64,000 bases of DNA from Pirellulales bacterium. GTDB lineage: Bacteria > Planctomycetota > Planctomycetia > Pirellulales > JAICIG01. Under the pieces are notes generated by a model. That model saw only the letters and a list, made by a program, of their open reading frames with translations, ran no database searches and had not been told where the DNA came from. Below are positions 40,242-49,468 of this stretch, one piece after another. Where the stretch lies: contig DASZTS010000116.1 of the NCBI GenBank assembly GCA_035547915.1, positions 10,539 through 74,538 on the forward strand, in the 5' to 3' direction. Each line of letters begins with the position of its first letter. The first letter of the stretch is position 1. A program made the position numbers and the translations under genes.

Positions 40242-40952
40242 ATGTCAATCAGCTATCTGTCCGAGCCACGAAATGCGGGCGAGGCGGCGGCCGGCCGCGA
40301 GATCGATCTCCTCGACCGCTACCCGCGCAGTAAACGACCCATCGACGAGCGCGCGGCTCTCATCACCGATGATCATCGCCGCATCGCCCGCCAATTTGGC
40401 AAGGAGTTTTTCGACGGCGACCGGCTCTGCGGTTACGGCGGATATCACTACCATCCGCGGTTCTGGCAAGAGACGGTGCGCCGCATCCGAGACTACTACG
40501 GGTTGGCCGACGATGCGGCCATCCTCGATGTCGGCTGCGGCAAGGGTTTCATGCTGTACGATTTTCAACAGTTGATGCCGCGCGCGACGCTGGCGGGTAT
40601 CGACATTTCCAGCTATGCGCACGAGCAGGCGCTGCCGGCCGTTAAGCCGTTGTTGAAGGTCGGCTGCGCAACGCAACTCCCCTACGCCGACCGATCGTTC
40701 GACCTGGTGATATCGATCAACACGATCCATAACCTGCCGCTGGAAGGTTGTAAGCAATCGCTGCGCGAAATCGAGCGCGTTAGCCGCGGACATCGATTTG
40801 TCACCGTGGATGCCTGGCGCACCGACGCCGAGCGTGACCGGCTGCTGAAATGGATCCTCACCGCGCTGACCTACATGCACGTCGACGACTGGAAGCGGCT
40901 GTTCGCCGAAGTGGGATACACGGGCGATTATTACTGGTTTATTCCGGAGTAG
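40242..40952 (+). CDS. Class I SAM-dependent methyltransferase
   Basis: ILDVGCGKG, GIDIS and FDLVISINTIH. Confidence 0.92.
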   Translation: MSISYLSEPRNAGEAAAGREIDLLDRYPRSKRPIDERAALITDDHRRIARQFGKEFFDGDRLCGYGGYHYHPRFWQETVRRIRDYYGLADDAAILDVGCGKGFMLYDFQQLMPRATLAGIDISSYAHEQALPAVKPLLKVGCATQLPYADRSFDLVISINTIHNLPLEGCKQSLREIERVSRGHRFVTVDAWRTDAERDRLLKWILTALTYMHVDDWKRLFAEVGYTGDYYWFIPE

Positions 40953-40955
40953 AGC

Positions 40956-41996
40956 GTGCGCACCGAAGCAGCCGTCCTCGTCGAATTGAACCGCCCTCTG
41001 CGCCACGCTCAGCTCGAGCTACCCGCGCTCAAGCCGGGTCAGGTACTGGTGGAAGTCGCCTATAGTGGTGTCTGCCACAGCCAGTTACACGAACTGCGCG
41101 GACGGCGCGGCGCCGACCGTTTTTTGCCGCATACGCTCGGGCATGAAGGCTCGGGCACCGTGCTGGCGGTCGGCGACGGCGTGAGCAAGGTGCGGCCAGG
41201 CGATCGGGTGGTGCTCACCTGGATCAAGGGCCGTGGCGCCGAAGTTCCCGCGACGGTCTATCACGACGGCGCGACGGCGATCAATTCTGGCGCTCTCAGC
41301 ACTTTCATGCGGCATACGATCACTTGCGAAAATCGCGTTGTGCCGCTGGATGACGAGATCCCCTTGCGCGAGGCGGCGCTGCTCGGCTGTGCGGTGCCGA
41401 CCGGCGCCGGCATGGTCTGCACGGCGGCAAATATGGCTCCCGGCAGCAGCCTGGCGGTGTTCGGCGTGGGAGGCATCGGCCTCAGTGCCCTGCTGGCCGC
41501 CCGGGCGCTCGGCGCGCAACCGCTGATCGCGGTCGACGTAGTCGACGCAAAGCTCGCCGAAGCCTCGCGGCTGGGGGCGACCCATGCCGTCAACGCGCAC
41601 AAATGCGACCCCCTTTCCGCGATCCTCGAGATAACCGGCGGCAAGGGGGTCGACTACGCCATCGAATCGGCGGGGCGTCGTGAGACCATGGAGGCGGCCT
41701 TTCGCTCGGTGAGGAATCAGGGAGGGCTTTGCGTGCTGGCGGGCAACTTACCGCACGGCGAACAGATTTCGATCGACCCCTACGATTTAATCCGCGGCAA
41801 GCGGGTGATGGGGACTTGGGGGGGTGAAACCCGGCCTGACGACGATATCCCACTCTTTGCTGGCTGGTTTGCGGAAGGCCGTTTGCCGTTGGCCGAATTG
41901 ATTTCACACGAGTATCCACTCGAGGAGATCAATTCGGCCCTGCTCGACCTGGAACAGGGGTGCGTGAGCCGCGCTTTGATCAGGATGGCCGCTTGA
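40956..41996 (+). CDS. Zn-dependent alcohol dehydrogenase (MDR family)
   Basis: GVCHSQ, GHEG, LGCAVPTG and GVGGIG. The structural-Zn cysteine cluster is absent. Confidence 0.92.
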   Translation: MRTEAAVLVELNRPLRHAQLELPALKPGQVLVEVAYSGVCHSQLHELRGRRGADRFLPHTLGHEGSGTVLAVGDGVSKVRPGDRVVLTWIKGRGAEVPATVYHDGATAINSGALSTFMRHTITCENRVVPLDDEIPLREAALLGCAVPTGAGMVCTAANMAPGSSLAVFGVGGIGLSALLAARALGAQPLIAVDVVDAKLAEASRLGATHAVNAHKCDPLSAILEITGGKGVDYAIESAGRRETMEAAFRSVRNQGGLCVLAGNLPHGEQISIDPYDLIRGKRVMGTWGGETRPDDDIPLFAGWFAEGRLPLAELISHEYPLEEINSALLDLEQGCVSRALIRMAA

Positions 41997-42097
41997 CGGG
42001 CCACGAATGCCCTTGAACGGAATGGTCAAAATCGGTACATCTCAGCCGATTTCGCACAGTTCCTCTCTCGCCCCCCGTCGCTGGATATGAGCATCGC

Positions 42098-43660
42098 ATG
42101 GGCCCTCGCAAGATCGTTCCCCTGGAAGAATTGGCCCGCATCCTGGCCGACGAGCGCGCGGCCGGGCGGCGAATCGTCCACTGCCACGGCGTGTTTGATC
42201 TGCTGCACGTCGGCCATCTCAGGCATTTCCAGCAAGCCAAGAAACTCGGTGACATCCTCGTCGTCACGTTGACGCCCGACGAGTTCGTCAACAAGGGAGT
42301 GGGACGTCCGGCCTTCGGCCAGGTGCTGCGGGCCGAGTTCATCGCCGCGCTCGAGCCGGTCGATTACGTGTCGATCAATCATTGGCCGACCGCCGTCGAC
42401 ACGATTCGCATGCTACGACCGCACGTGTTCGCGAAGGGGAGCGAATTTCGCGACCTGAACGACACGATCGGCCACGTATCGAAGGAAAGCGAAGCGATTC
42501 AGGACATCGGCGGCGAAATGGCCTTCACCGACGATTTGACGTTCAGCTCGTCGGCACTCATCAATCAGTACCTGTCGCAGTTTCCCGACCAGGTGCGGCA
42601 GTATCTGCATGACTTTGCTCGCCGTCACAGCCCCGATCAGATACTTCGCCCGCTACGTGACAGCGAGCGGTTGAAGGTGCTGGTAATCGGTGAAACCATC
42701 ATCGACGAATACGTCTATTGCGAAGCGATGGGTAAGTCGGGCAAAGAACCTGTGCTGGCCACGCGACTGCTGGACGCCCAGCGTTACGCGGGCGGTGTAC
42801 TGGCATGTGCCAACCACCTGGCGGGTTTTTGTCAGAACGTCGATATGTTGACGTTTCTGGGCGAGGGCGGTGACGAAGAATTGTTCGTGCGCGGTTCCTT
42901 GAAGCCGAATGTCAACCCGCTCTTCGTGTACAAGTCCGATTCCCCGACCATCGTCAAGAAGAGATACGTCGAAAAGTACCTCGGTCAAAAGCTGTTCGAG
43001 GTCTATTCGATGAACGATACGCCGCTCGCCGACGAAACCGACGCCGAATTGTGCGATCTGCTCGCCTCGCGGTTGCCGGATTACGATCTGGTGGTCGTGG
43101 CCGATTACGGTCACGGACTCTTGACGCCGCAGGCGATCGCTCTGTTGTCGCGCGAGGCCCCGCTGTTGTGCGTCAACACGCAATCGAACGCCGGGAATCA
43201 CGGATTCAACATGATCTCGAAGTATCCGCGCGCCGATTACGTCTGCCTGGCGCAGCGCGAGTTTGCTTTGGAGACCCGCGATCAACGGCTCTCGCCGCAG
43301 GCCATGCTGCAACACGTGGCCGAACGGCTCGCCTGTCGTCGCGTGATGATGACGCAAGGCAAGTACGGTGCCCTGTTCTATACGGCGCCCCAAAAATTCG
43401 ACCAGGTACCGGCCTTTGCCACGCAGGTCGTCGATCGCGTGGGCGCCGGCGATGCGGTGCTTTCGATCACGGCGCTGTGCGTCGCGGCCGAGGCGCCGGC
43501 CGAGGTCGTGGCCTTCATCGGCAATGTCGTGGGTGCCCAGGCCGTGACCATCATGGGTAATCAGCGGTCGATCGAGCGGGTTGGCCTTTTCCGTCATATC
43601 GAGTGCCTCTTGAAAACGCATGACGCCTCGCCGGCGGCCTCCTTGAAGGCGGCTGCTTGA
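42098..43660 (+). CDS. Cytidylyl/adenylyltransferase fused to an RfaE/PfkB-type sugar kinase
   Basis: N-terminal GVFDLLHVGH. C-terminal IGETIIDEY, ADYGHG and DRVGAGD. Confidence 0.92.
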   Translation: MGPRKIVPLEELARILADERAAGRRIVHCHGVFDLLHVGHLRHFQQAKKLGDILVVTLTPDEFVNKGVGRPAFGQVLRAEFIAALEPVDYVSINHWPTAVDTIRMLRPHVFAKGSEFRDLNDTIGHVSKESEAIQDIGGEMAFTDDLTFSSSALINQYLSQFPDQVRQYLHDFARRHSPDQILRPLRDSERLKVLVIGETIIDEYVYCEAMGKSGKEPVLATRLLDAQRYAGGVLACANHLAGFCQNVDMLTFLGEGGDEELFVRGSLKPNVNPLFVYKSDSPTIVKKRYVEKYLGQKLFEVYSMNDTPLADETDAELCDLLASRLPDYDLVVVADYGHGLLTPQAIALLSREAPLLCVNTQSNAGNHGFNMISKYPRADYVCLAQREFALETRDQRLSPQAMLQHVAERLACRRVMMTQGKYGALFYTAPQKFDQVPAFATQVVDRVGAGDAVLSITALCVAAEAPAEVVAFIGNVVGAQAVTIMGNQRSIERVGLFRHIECLLKTHDASPAASLKAAA

Positions 43661-43685
43661 AGAGGGTTCGGCTGGAAGGATTCCG

Positions 43686-44696
43686 ATGCCAGAGCGATGG
43701 TCGGTGTTGGTTACCGGTGGTGCAGGATATGTCGGCTCGGTGTTGACGCCGAAGCTGCTGGCCGCGGGGCATAAGGTGCGCGTCCTCGACGCCTATTATT
43801 TCGGCGAACAGTCGCTGGCCGGCGTGCGCGGACATGCCAATCTGAGCGAGATCAAAGGCGATCTGCGCGACCAGGCGACGGTCGAGGGAGCGCTGGTCGG
43901 TTGCGACGCAGTGATTCACCTGGCCTGCATCTCCAATGATCCGAGCTTCGAACTCGATCCGGATCTGGGCCGCTCGATCAACTACGACGCCTTTCTGCCG
44001 CTGGTGCGGCTCTCCAAACGCCGCGGTGTGCGGCGGTTCATCTACGCCTCGTCGTCCAGCGTCTACGGCATCAAGCAGGAAGAGAATGTCACGGAAGATT
44101 TGCCGCTAGAACCCTTGACGGACTATTCGAAGTACAAAGCCCTCTGCGAAGACATCCTTCTGGCGGAGCGGCAACCCGGCTTCACGACGCTTATCGTTCG
44201 GCCGGCAACGGTCTGCGGTTATTCACCCCGGCTGCGGCTCGATCTGTCGGTCAATATCCTGACGAACTTGGCGTACAACAAACGCGAGATCACCGTCTTC
44301 GGCGGATCACAACGCCGGCCGAATTTACATATCGAAGACATGACGGACCTATACGTCGCCGCCCTGAAGTGGCCAGCCGAAAAGATTGACGGCAAGATCT
44401 ACAACGCCGGCTGGCAGAATTTGTCGATCCGCCAGATCGCCGAATTGGTCCAGGCGGAAGTCGGCGACGATGTACGGATCGTCACGTCGCCCAGTGATGA
44501 CCTCCGCTCGTATCATATCTCCTCGCAGAAGATCGAGCGCGAGCTCGGTTGGGCACCGCGGCACACGGTGCCCGATGCCGTCCGCGATCTGCTTCGCGCC
44601 TTTCAAGCCGGTAAGATCCCAAACTCGCTGGCCGATCACCGCTATTTCAATATCAAGACGATGCAAGCCTTGCTCGCCCAACGGCGCGCAGCCTGA
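43686..44696 (+). CDS. NAD-dependent epimerase/reductase (extended SDR)
   Basis: VTGGAGYVG, HLACISND, ASSSSVYG, YSKYK and RPATVCG. Confidence 0.93.
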   Translation: MPERWSVLVTGGAGYVGSVLTPKLLAAGHKVRVLDAYYFGEQSLAGVRGHANLSEIKGDLRDQATVEGALVGCDAVIHLACISNDPSFELDPDLGRSINYDAFLPLVRLSKRRGVRRFIYASSSSVYGIKQEENVTEDLPLEPLTDYSKYKALCEDILLAERQPGFTTLIVRPATVCGYSPRLRLDLSVNILTNLAYNKREITVFGGSQRRPNLHIEDMTDLYVAALKWPAEKIDGKIYNAGWQNLSIRQIAELVQAEVGDDVRIVTSPSDDLRSYHISSQKIERELGWAPRHTVPDAVRDLLRAFQAGKIPNSLADHRYFNIKTMQALLAQRRAA

Positions 44697-44932
44697 TCGT
44701 CGAACTCGGCCAGCACGGCGCTTGCATGTGGGTGGGCGTTCGATTTGCGCACGCGGCGTGAGCCGTGCCCTTCTGCGCAGCGGCAGGCTCGGGTGCACAT
44801 CATTTGGCTGTTTTCCGCCAAGATGCCGGCCGATCTACAGCATTCAATCCGACGCTGTAGAATGTCGACGGCGGCACCTGGGCCGCATGCTCTCTCTGGC
44901 TGCTCGGTACCGTAAAGAAAAGGAACCCATCG

Positions 44933-45520
44933 ATGTCCAAACCATCGAAACGCATCTTGCTGCTCGCGGGCGATTTCGTCGAAGACTACGAGATCATGGT
45001 CCCCTATCAGATGCTGCTCCTCGTCGGGCACCAGGTCGACGCAGTGTGCCCTGATAAAAAGGCCGGCGAGACGGTGGCCACGGCCGTGCACGACTTCGAG
45101 GGCGACCAGACCTACACGGAGAAGAGGGGACACCGCTTTCGACTGAACGCCGATTTTGCGACGGTGAAGGCCGACGCCTACGACGGGCTCGTTATTCCCG
45201 GTGGCCGGGCACCGGAATATCTGCGGCTCAACCCGCGCGTCATCGAGATCGTGCGGCAATTCGCGAACGCCCGCAAGCCGATCGCGGCGATTTGCCACGC
45301 AGCCCAACTGCTTGCGGCGGCCGGAGTGCTCAAGGGCCGCGCCTGTACGGCCTATCCTGCCATCAAGCCCGACGTCGCGGCCTGTGGCGGTACCTGGGTC
45401 GAGCCGAGCGCGGGGCTCGATAGTGCGCACGTCGACGGAAACCTTGTTACCGCGCCGGCCTGGCCCGCACATCCCGCTTGGATGCGGGCATTTTTGGAGG
45501 TGCTGGGAACGCCCGTGTAA
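44933..45520 (+). CDS. DJ-1/PfpI family protein
   Basis: [24 protein letters not shown] and DGNLVTA. Confidence 0.95.
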   Translation: MSKPSKRILLLAGDFVEDYEIMVPYQMLLLVGHQVDAVCPDKKAGETVATAVHDFEGDQTYTEKRGHRFRLNADFATVKADAYDGLVIPGGRAPEYLRLNPRVIEIVRQFANARKPIAAICHAAQLLAAAGVLKGRACTAYPAIKPDVAACGGTWVEPSAGLDSAHVDGNLVTAPAWPAHPAWMRAFLEVLGTPV

Positions 45521-45621
45521 GTAGCGATCCGTTGCGAGACCGTTGACCGCTATCCAAGAACCAGCGTTGCAGCAGCCCGCCCTCTTTGCCCGTTCTCGGA
45601 CAGGCTCTCTATGTGCGGATA

Positions 45622-45682
45622 CCACAAGGACACAAAGAGCGCGAGGCCGGTCGAACGGCTTCGTGTCTTTGTGTCCTTGTGG
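45622..45682. repeat. Long inverted repeat / hairpin
   Basis: CCACAAGGACACAAAG (45622-45637) is the exact reverse complement of CTTTGTGTCCTTGTGG (45667-45682). Imperfect pairing continues inwards. Confidence 0.85.
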
Positions 45683-45705
45683 ACTTCTCGACCTGCCGGA
45701 ACTAA

Positions 45706-45803
45706 GAGCAACCGACAAAACCGGATCGAGCTTCACAAAATCGGCGTTTCACGGCCGATTTTTTGCCCGCGGCGCTCCGGCTTCCGGGTTTTGTCAGCCG
45801 CTC
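45706..45803 (-). mobile_element. MITE copy 4 (98 bp)
   Basis: GAGCAACCGACAAAACC ... GGTTTTGTCAGCCGCTC flanked by TAA (45703-45705) and TAA (45804-45806). Confidence 0.88.
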
Positions 45804-46549
45804 TAAGCCACCAACCGCATCGCACCGGAGTCGGCGCGGATGCCGTCGACGAATTCCTCGAAAATACGCAGGTCGAGGGCGCTGGCCGAATCACTTTCGG
45901 GATGGAACTGCGTGCCGATCGCGAACCAATCGCTCTGGGTGCTCTCGATGGCTTCGATCACGCCATCGGGACAACGGGCCGTGACCGCGAAGCCGGGCGC
46001 CACCTCGTCGATCGCCATGTGGTGCAGGCTGTTGACGCGGATTTCGCCCTCGCCGTAGACGCGCTCCATGAGCGAGCCGGGCACGACTTCCAAGGCATGC
46101 CGATGAGCGGCGTCGAGCGCATCGCGGTGCGGCAGGGCCTTGGGCAGATCCTCGGGAATGTGCAAGAACAGGTTTCCGCCTTCGTGAACGTTGAGCAACT
46201 GCATGCCCACGCCGATTCCGAACACGGGCATGCGGCGCTCCGAAACGTGCTTCATCAGGCGGCGATCGAACGCCTCGCGGCGGCTGTCGAGTGTTCGGAC
46301 AGACGGGTGCAGCATGAAGCCGTCACGGCGCGGGTCGAGGTCGGCGCCACCGACCAAAACCACTCCATCCAGCAGGTCGAGGATGCGGACAAGGTCGGCC
46401 TCGTCGGTCAGCGGCGGAATGACGAGCGGCACCCCTCCCGCACGTGTGACCGAGTCATAGTAACCGGCGCAGAGGTAACTGAAAGCCGGCGAGTCCTTCT
46501 TGGACGCGCGAAAATCCGCATTCAGTCCGATCAACGGTTTCGACTGCAT
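45803..46549 (-). CDS. Gamma-glutamyl-gamma-aminobutyrate hydrolase family (peptidase C26) protein, catalytic Cys absent
   Basis: KPLIG, AGGVP, GGADLDP, FGIGVGMQ, VNSLHH and QFHPE. AAGGAG SD before MQSKP. Confidence 0.9.
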   Translation of the reverse strand: MQSKPLIGLNADFRASKKDSPAFSYLCAGYYDSVTRAGGVPLVIPPLTDEADLVRILDLLDGVVLVGGADLDPRRDGFMLHPSVRTLDSRREAFDRRLMKHVSERRMPVFGIGVGMQLLNVHEGGNLFLHIPEDLPKALPHRDALDAAHRHALEVVPGSLMERVYGEGEIRVNSLHHMAIDEVAPGFAVTARCPDGVIEAIESTQSDWFAIGTQFHPESDSASALDLRIFEEFVDGIRADSGAMRLVA

Positions 46550-46557
46550 TTCCCACT

Positions 46558-46849
46558 CTCCTTGGACAGATCCTTGTCCTGCTAACGGGTACGGAACGAA
46601 CCGATGTCGAGGCGGTCGATACGCCGGAGCGAGGAGGAGATGTCGCGGTCTGACTGCCGACCAGCCGGATACGGCCGGCTGGCCGAGCAACCCATACCTG
46701 ACGGAATTGAGTCACGCGAAGATTTGGCTTCGTGAGTCATCCTTGACACCACCACAGCGTGAACGCGGCTGGCCGCGGCTTTCACGTCCCGTCTTGGGCA
46801 CAGCGCCGGAGCAACTTAGGCGGAACCTATTGGCCTCGAAATCCCTGAG
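46558..46849 (-). promoter_or_regulatory. Structured 5' leader with putative CsrA/RsmA-type GGA hairpins
   Basis: Minus strand reads CTC-AGGGATTTC-GAG, GTCA-AGGA-TGAC, GGACA-AGGATC-TGTCC and then the SD AAGGAG. Confidence 0.5.
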
Positions 46850-47084
46850 ACGAACATTTCGCCCACCTGTCTGCCGTGCATGGCAGACGACGGTTTGCCT
46901 TTATAAGGATGCCTGGCGAAAACGCAACCAAATCCCGTATTTTGCGGTCAAAGTTGGCGCCGACCACAAGATGCTGTGCTAGCACCGGTAATGCTAGCGA
47001 CGAATCGCATCGCGGCGGGTGCTGTTCGGCCCGGTGATTTCGGGGCAAATTCGCGCGGGCGAAGATCGGTCGTGATCAGAGGTT

Positions 47085-48377
47085 CTACCCGATCTTTCGC
47101 AATACTTCTCTCGCCGCCGCGACGGTACGATCGACGTCCTGGGCTGTGTGCGCGACGGAGAGAAAAAGGGCCTCGTACTGGCTGCACGGCATGTAGATCC
47201 CCTCATCGATCAATCCCCAGAAATAACGAGCGAATCGCTGCGTATCGCACCGGCCCGCATCCGTCCAGCAGGTCACCGGTCCGGGATGGAAAAAGAGCGT
47301 CAACATGCTTCCCACGCGCGCCGTGGCGTGAGGCAGGCCGGCCTCGCGAGCAGCCGTCGCCAGCCCCCCTTCCAGCCGGGCGCCCAAGGTTTCGAGAAGC
47401 TCGTAGGGCGGATCGTCGCGCAGCTCCTTTAGCGTCGCAATACCGGCGGCGGTCGCCAATGGATTGCCGGAGAGCGTGCCGGCCTGAAACACCTTTCCGA
47501 CCGGTAGGATGTGGTCCATGATCTCGGCACGGCCCCCGAAGGCGCCGACGGGCAGCCCGCCACCGACAATCTTTCCGAGCGTCGTCAGGTCGGGCACGAT
47601 TCCGAACCGTGATTGTGCTCCGCCGTAGGCCACGCGGAATCCGGTCATCACCTCATCGAAGATCAGCAGCGCGCCGGCCCGCTTCGTCTCGTCCCGCAAT
47701 GCTTGCAGGAATTCGCCGGTGGGAACAACACAACCCATATTTCCGACGACCGGCTCGACGATGACGCCGGCGATGCGCTGTCCGTGTTCGGCGAAGGCGC
47801 GTTCCAAGCCGCCAGCGTCGTTGTACTGCAACACGAGGGTGTCTTGCGTGGTGCCCCGCGTCACGCCGGGCGAGTTCGGCGCGCCCAGGGTCGCCGCGGA
47901 GCTGCCGGCGGCCACCAGCAGGCTATCGACGTGGCCGTGATAGTTGCCCGCAAACTTGACGATCACGTCTCGACCCGTGAAACCGCGCGCGAGGCGAATC
48001 GCGCTCATCGTCGCTTCGGTGCCCGAGCTGACCAGCCGTACTTTCTCGATCGACGGGATGGCCTGCACGATCAAGCCGGCCAGCTCGCTTTCGGCCTCGG
48101 TCGGCGCGCCGAAGCTCGTGCCGCGGCCGATAGCCTCGGCCAGCGCCGCGGTGACACGCGGATGTGCGTGACCCAGGATCAGGGCTCCCCACGAGCCGAT
48201 GTAGTCGAGATAGCGGTTGCCGTCGAGGTCGACGAGGTAGGCCCCCTCGCCGCGCGCGATGAAGAGCGGCTCGCCGCCTACCCCCCCGAAGGCCCGCGCC
48301 GGACTATTCACACCGCCCGGAATCCGCTCTTTTGCCCGGGCAAAGGCCCGGCGGCTCAGTTCTCGTCTTTCAGCCAC
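47085..48377 (-). CDS. hemL: Glutamate-1-semialdehyde 2,1-aminomutase
   Basis: PGGVNSPARAF, SSGTEA, YHGH, FDEVMTGFR, LGKIVGGG and QAGTLSGNP. Confidence 0.97.
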   Translation of the reverse strand: MAERRELSRRAFARAKERIPGGVNSPARAFGGVGGEPLFIARGEGAYLVDLDGNRYLDYIGSWGALILGHAHPRVTAALAEAIGRGTSFGAPTEAESELAGLIVQAIPSIEKVRLVSSGTEATMSAIRLARGFTGRDVIVKFAGNYHGHVDSLLVAAGSSAATLGAPNSPGVTRGTTQDTLVLQYNDAGGLERAFAEHGQRIAGVIVEPVVGNMGCVVPTGEFLQALRDETKRAGALLIFDEVMTGFRVAYGGAQSRFGIVPDLTTLGKIVGGGLPVGAFGGRAEIMDHILPVGKVFQAGTLSGNPLATAAGIATLKELRDDPPYELLETLGARLEGGLATAAREAGLPHATARVGSMLTLFFHPGPVTCWTDAGRCDTQRFARYFWGLIDEGIYMPCSQYEALFLSVAHTAQDVDRTVAAAREVLRKIG

Positions 48378-49393
48378 GTTGCTACGTCCCGCGCCCAGTA
48401 AGTAAGGATGATCTCCGCGCCGGCCCGTTGGATGGCCGTCAGCGATTCGAGCACGGTTTGCCGTTCGTCGAGCCAGCCGCGCGCCGCGGCGGCTTTGACC
48501 ATGCTGTACTCGCCGGACACGTTATATGCAGCCAGCGGAACGCCCGCAAACCGTTGCCGCACGGCCGCGATGATGTCCAGATAGGCGAGCGCCGGCTTGA
48601 CCATGACCAGATCGGCGCCCTCGGCCAGGTCGAGTTCGACTTCGCGCAGCGCCTGACCGGCGGCAGTCGCGGGGTCCATCTGGTAGCTGCGCCGATCACC
48701 GAACCGTGGCGCGCTTTCAGCGGCATCGCGAAAGGGGCCATAGAAGGCGCTGGCGTACTTGGCGGCATAGCTCATGATCGGCACGTCGGTAAAGCCCGCC
48801 TCGTCCAGGCCGTGGCGGATCGCGCCGACCATGCCATCCATCATGCCGCTGGGGGCGATCAGACCACTGCCGGCCCGCGCGTGGCTGACGGCCTGCCGGG
48901 CGAGCAGATCGAGCGTTGCGTCATTGTCGACGTCGGAAGTGCCATTCCTCTCGTGCAACACGCCGCAATGTCCATGGTCTGTGTATTCGCAGAAGCAGAC
49001 GTCGGTCATGACCAGCAATCCCGGTGCGGCCGCCTTCGCCACGCGCACCGCGTCCTGAATGATTCCTTCGTCGCAGCACGCGTCACTTCCGAGTGGGTCC
49101 TTTTCGTCGGGAATGCCGAACAACAGGATGCCGCCCAAGCCAAGCGTGGCGAGCCGTGAGACTTCCTCACCGAATAGGTCGAGCGACGATTGGTACTGGC
49201 CAGGCATGGCACCGATTTCTTGCTTGATGCCGCGGCCGCGCCGCACAAAGAGGGGTTGCACGAGGGTCGACGGCGTCAATCGCACCGCCTGTACCAGCGT
49301 GCGGACGCGGGCGTCGTATCTCAGCCGCCGCAACCGAGTAGTGGGAAAGCCAGGGGTCGTTGCCGCGTCGGCGGCGAGCGGGTCCTTAGTCAT
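48356..49393 (-). CDS. hemB: Porphobilinogen synthase
   Basis: RLRRLR, DVCFCEYTDHGHCG, APSGMMDG, YGPFRDA, MVKPAL and YNVSGEY. Confidence 0.97.
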   Translation of the reverse strand: MTKDPLAADAATTPGFPTTRLRRLRYDARVRTLVQAVRLTPSTLVQPLFVRRGRGIKQEIGAMPGQYQSSLDLFGEEVSRLATLGLGGILLFGIPDEKDPLGSDACCDEGIIQDAVRVAKAAAPGLLVMTDVCFCEYTDHGHCGVLHERNGTSDVDNDATLDLLARQAVSHARAGSGLIAPSGMMDGMVGAIRHGLDEAGFTDVPIMSYAAKYASAFYGPFRDAAESAPRFGDRRSYQMDPATAAGQALREVELDLAEGADLVMVKPALAYLDIIAAVRQRFAGVPLAAYNVSGEYSMVKAAAARGWLDERQTVLESLTAIQRAGAEIILTYWARDVATWLKDEN

Positions 49394-49468
49394 ACATCTC
49401 GCTTGCGGTGGTAACTTGGGAGCGGAGGAACAGGGCCAGCCCACTCGTCGAGACGCACTCACGGTGTG

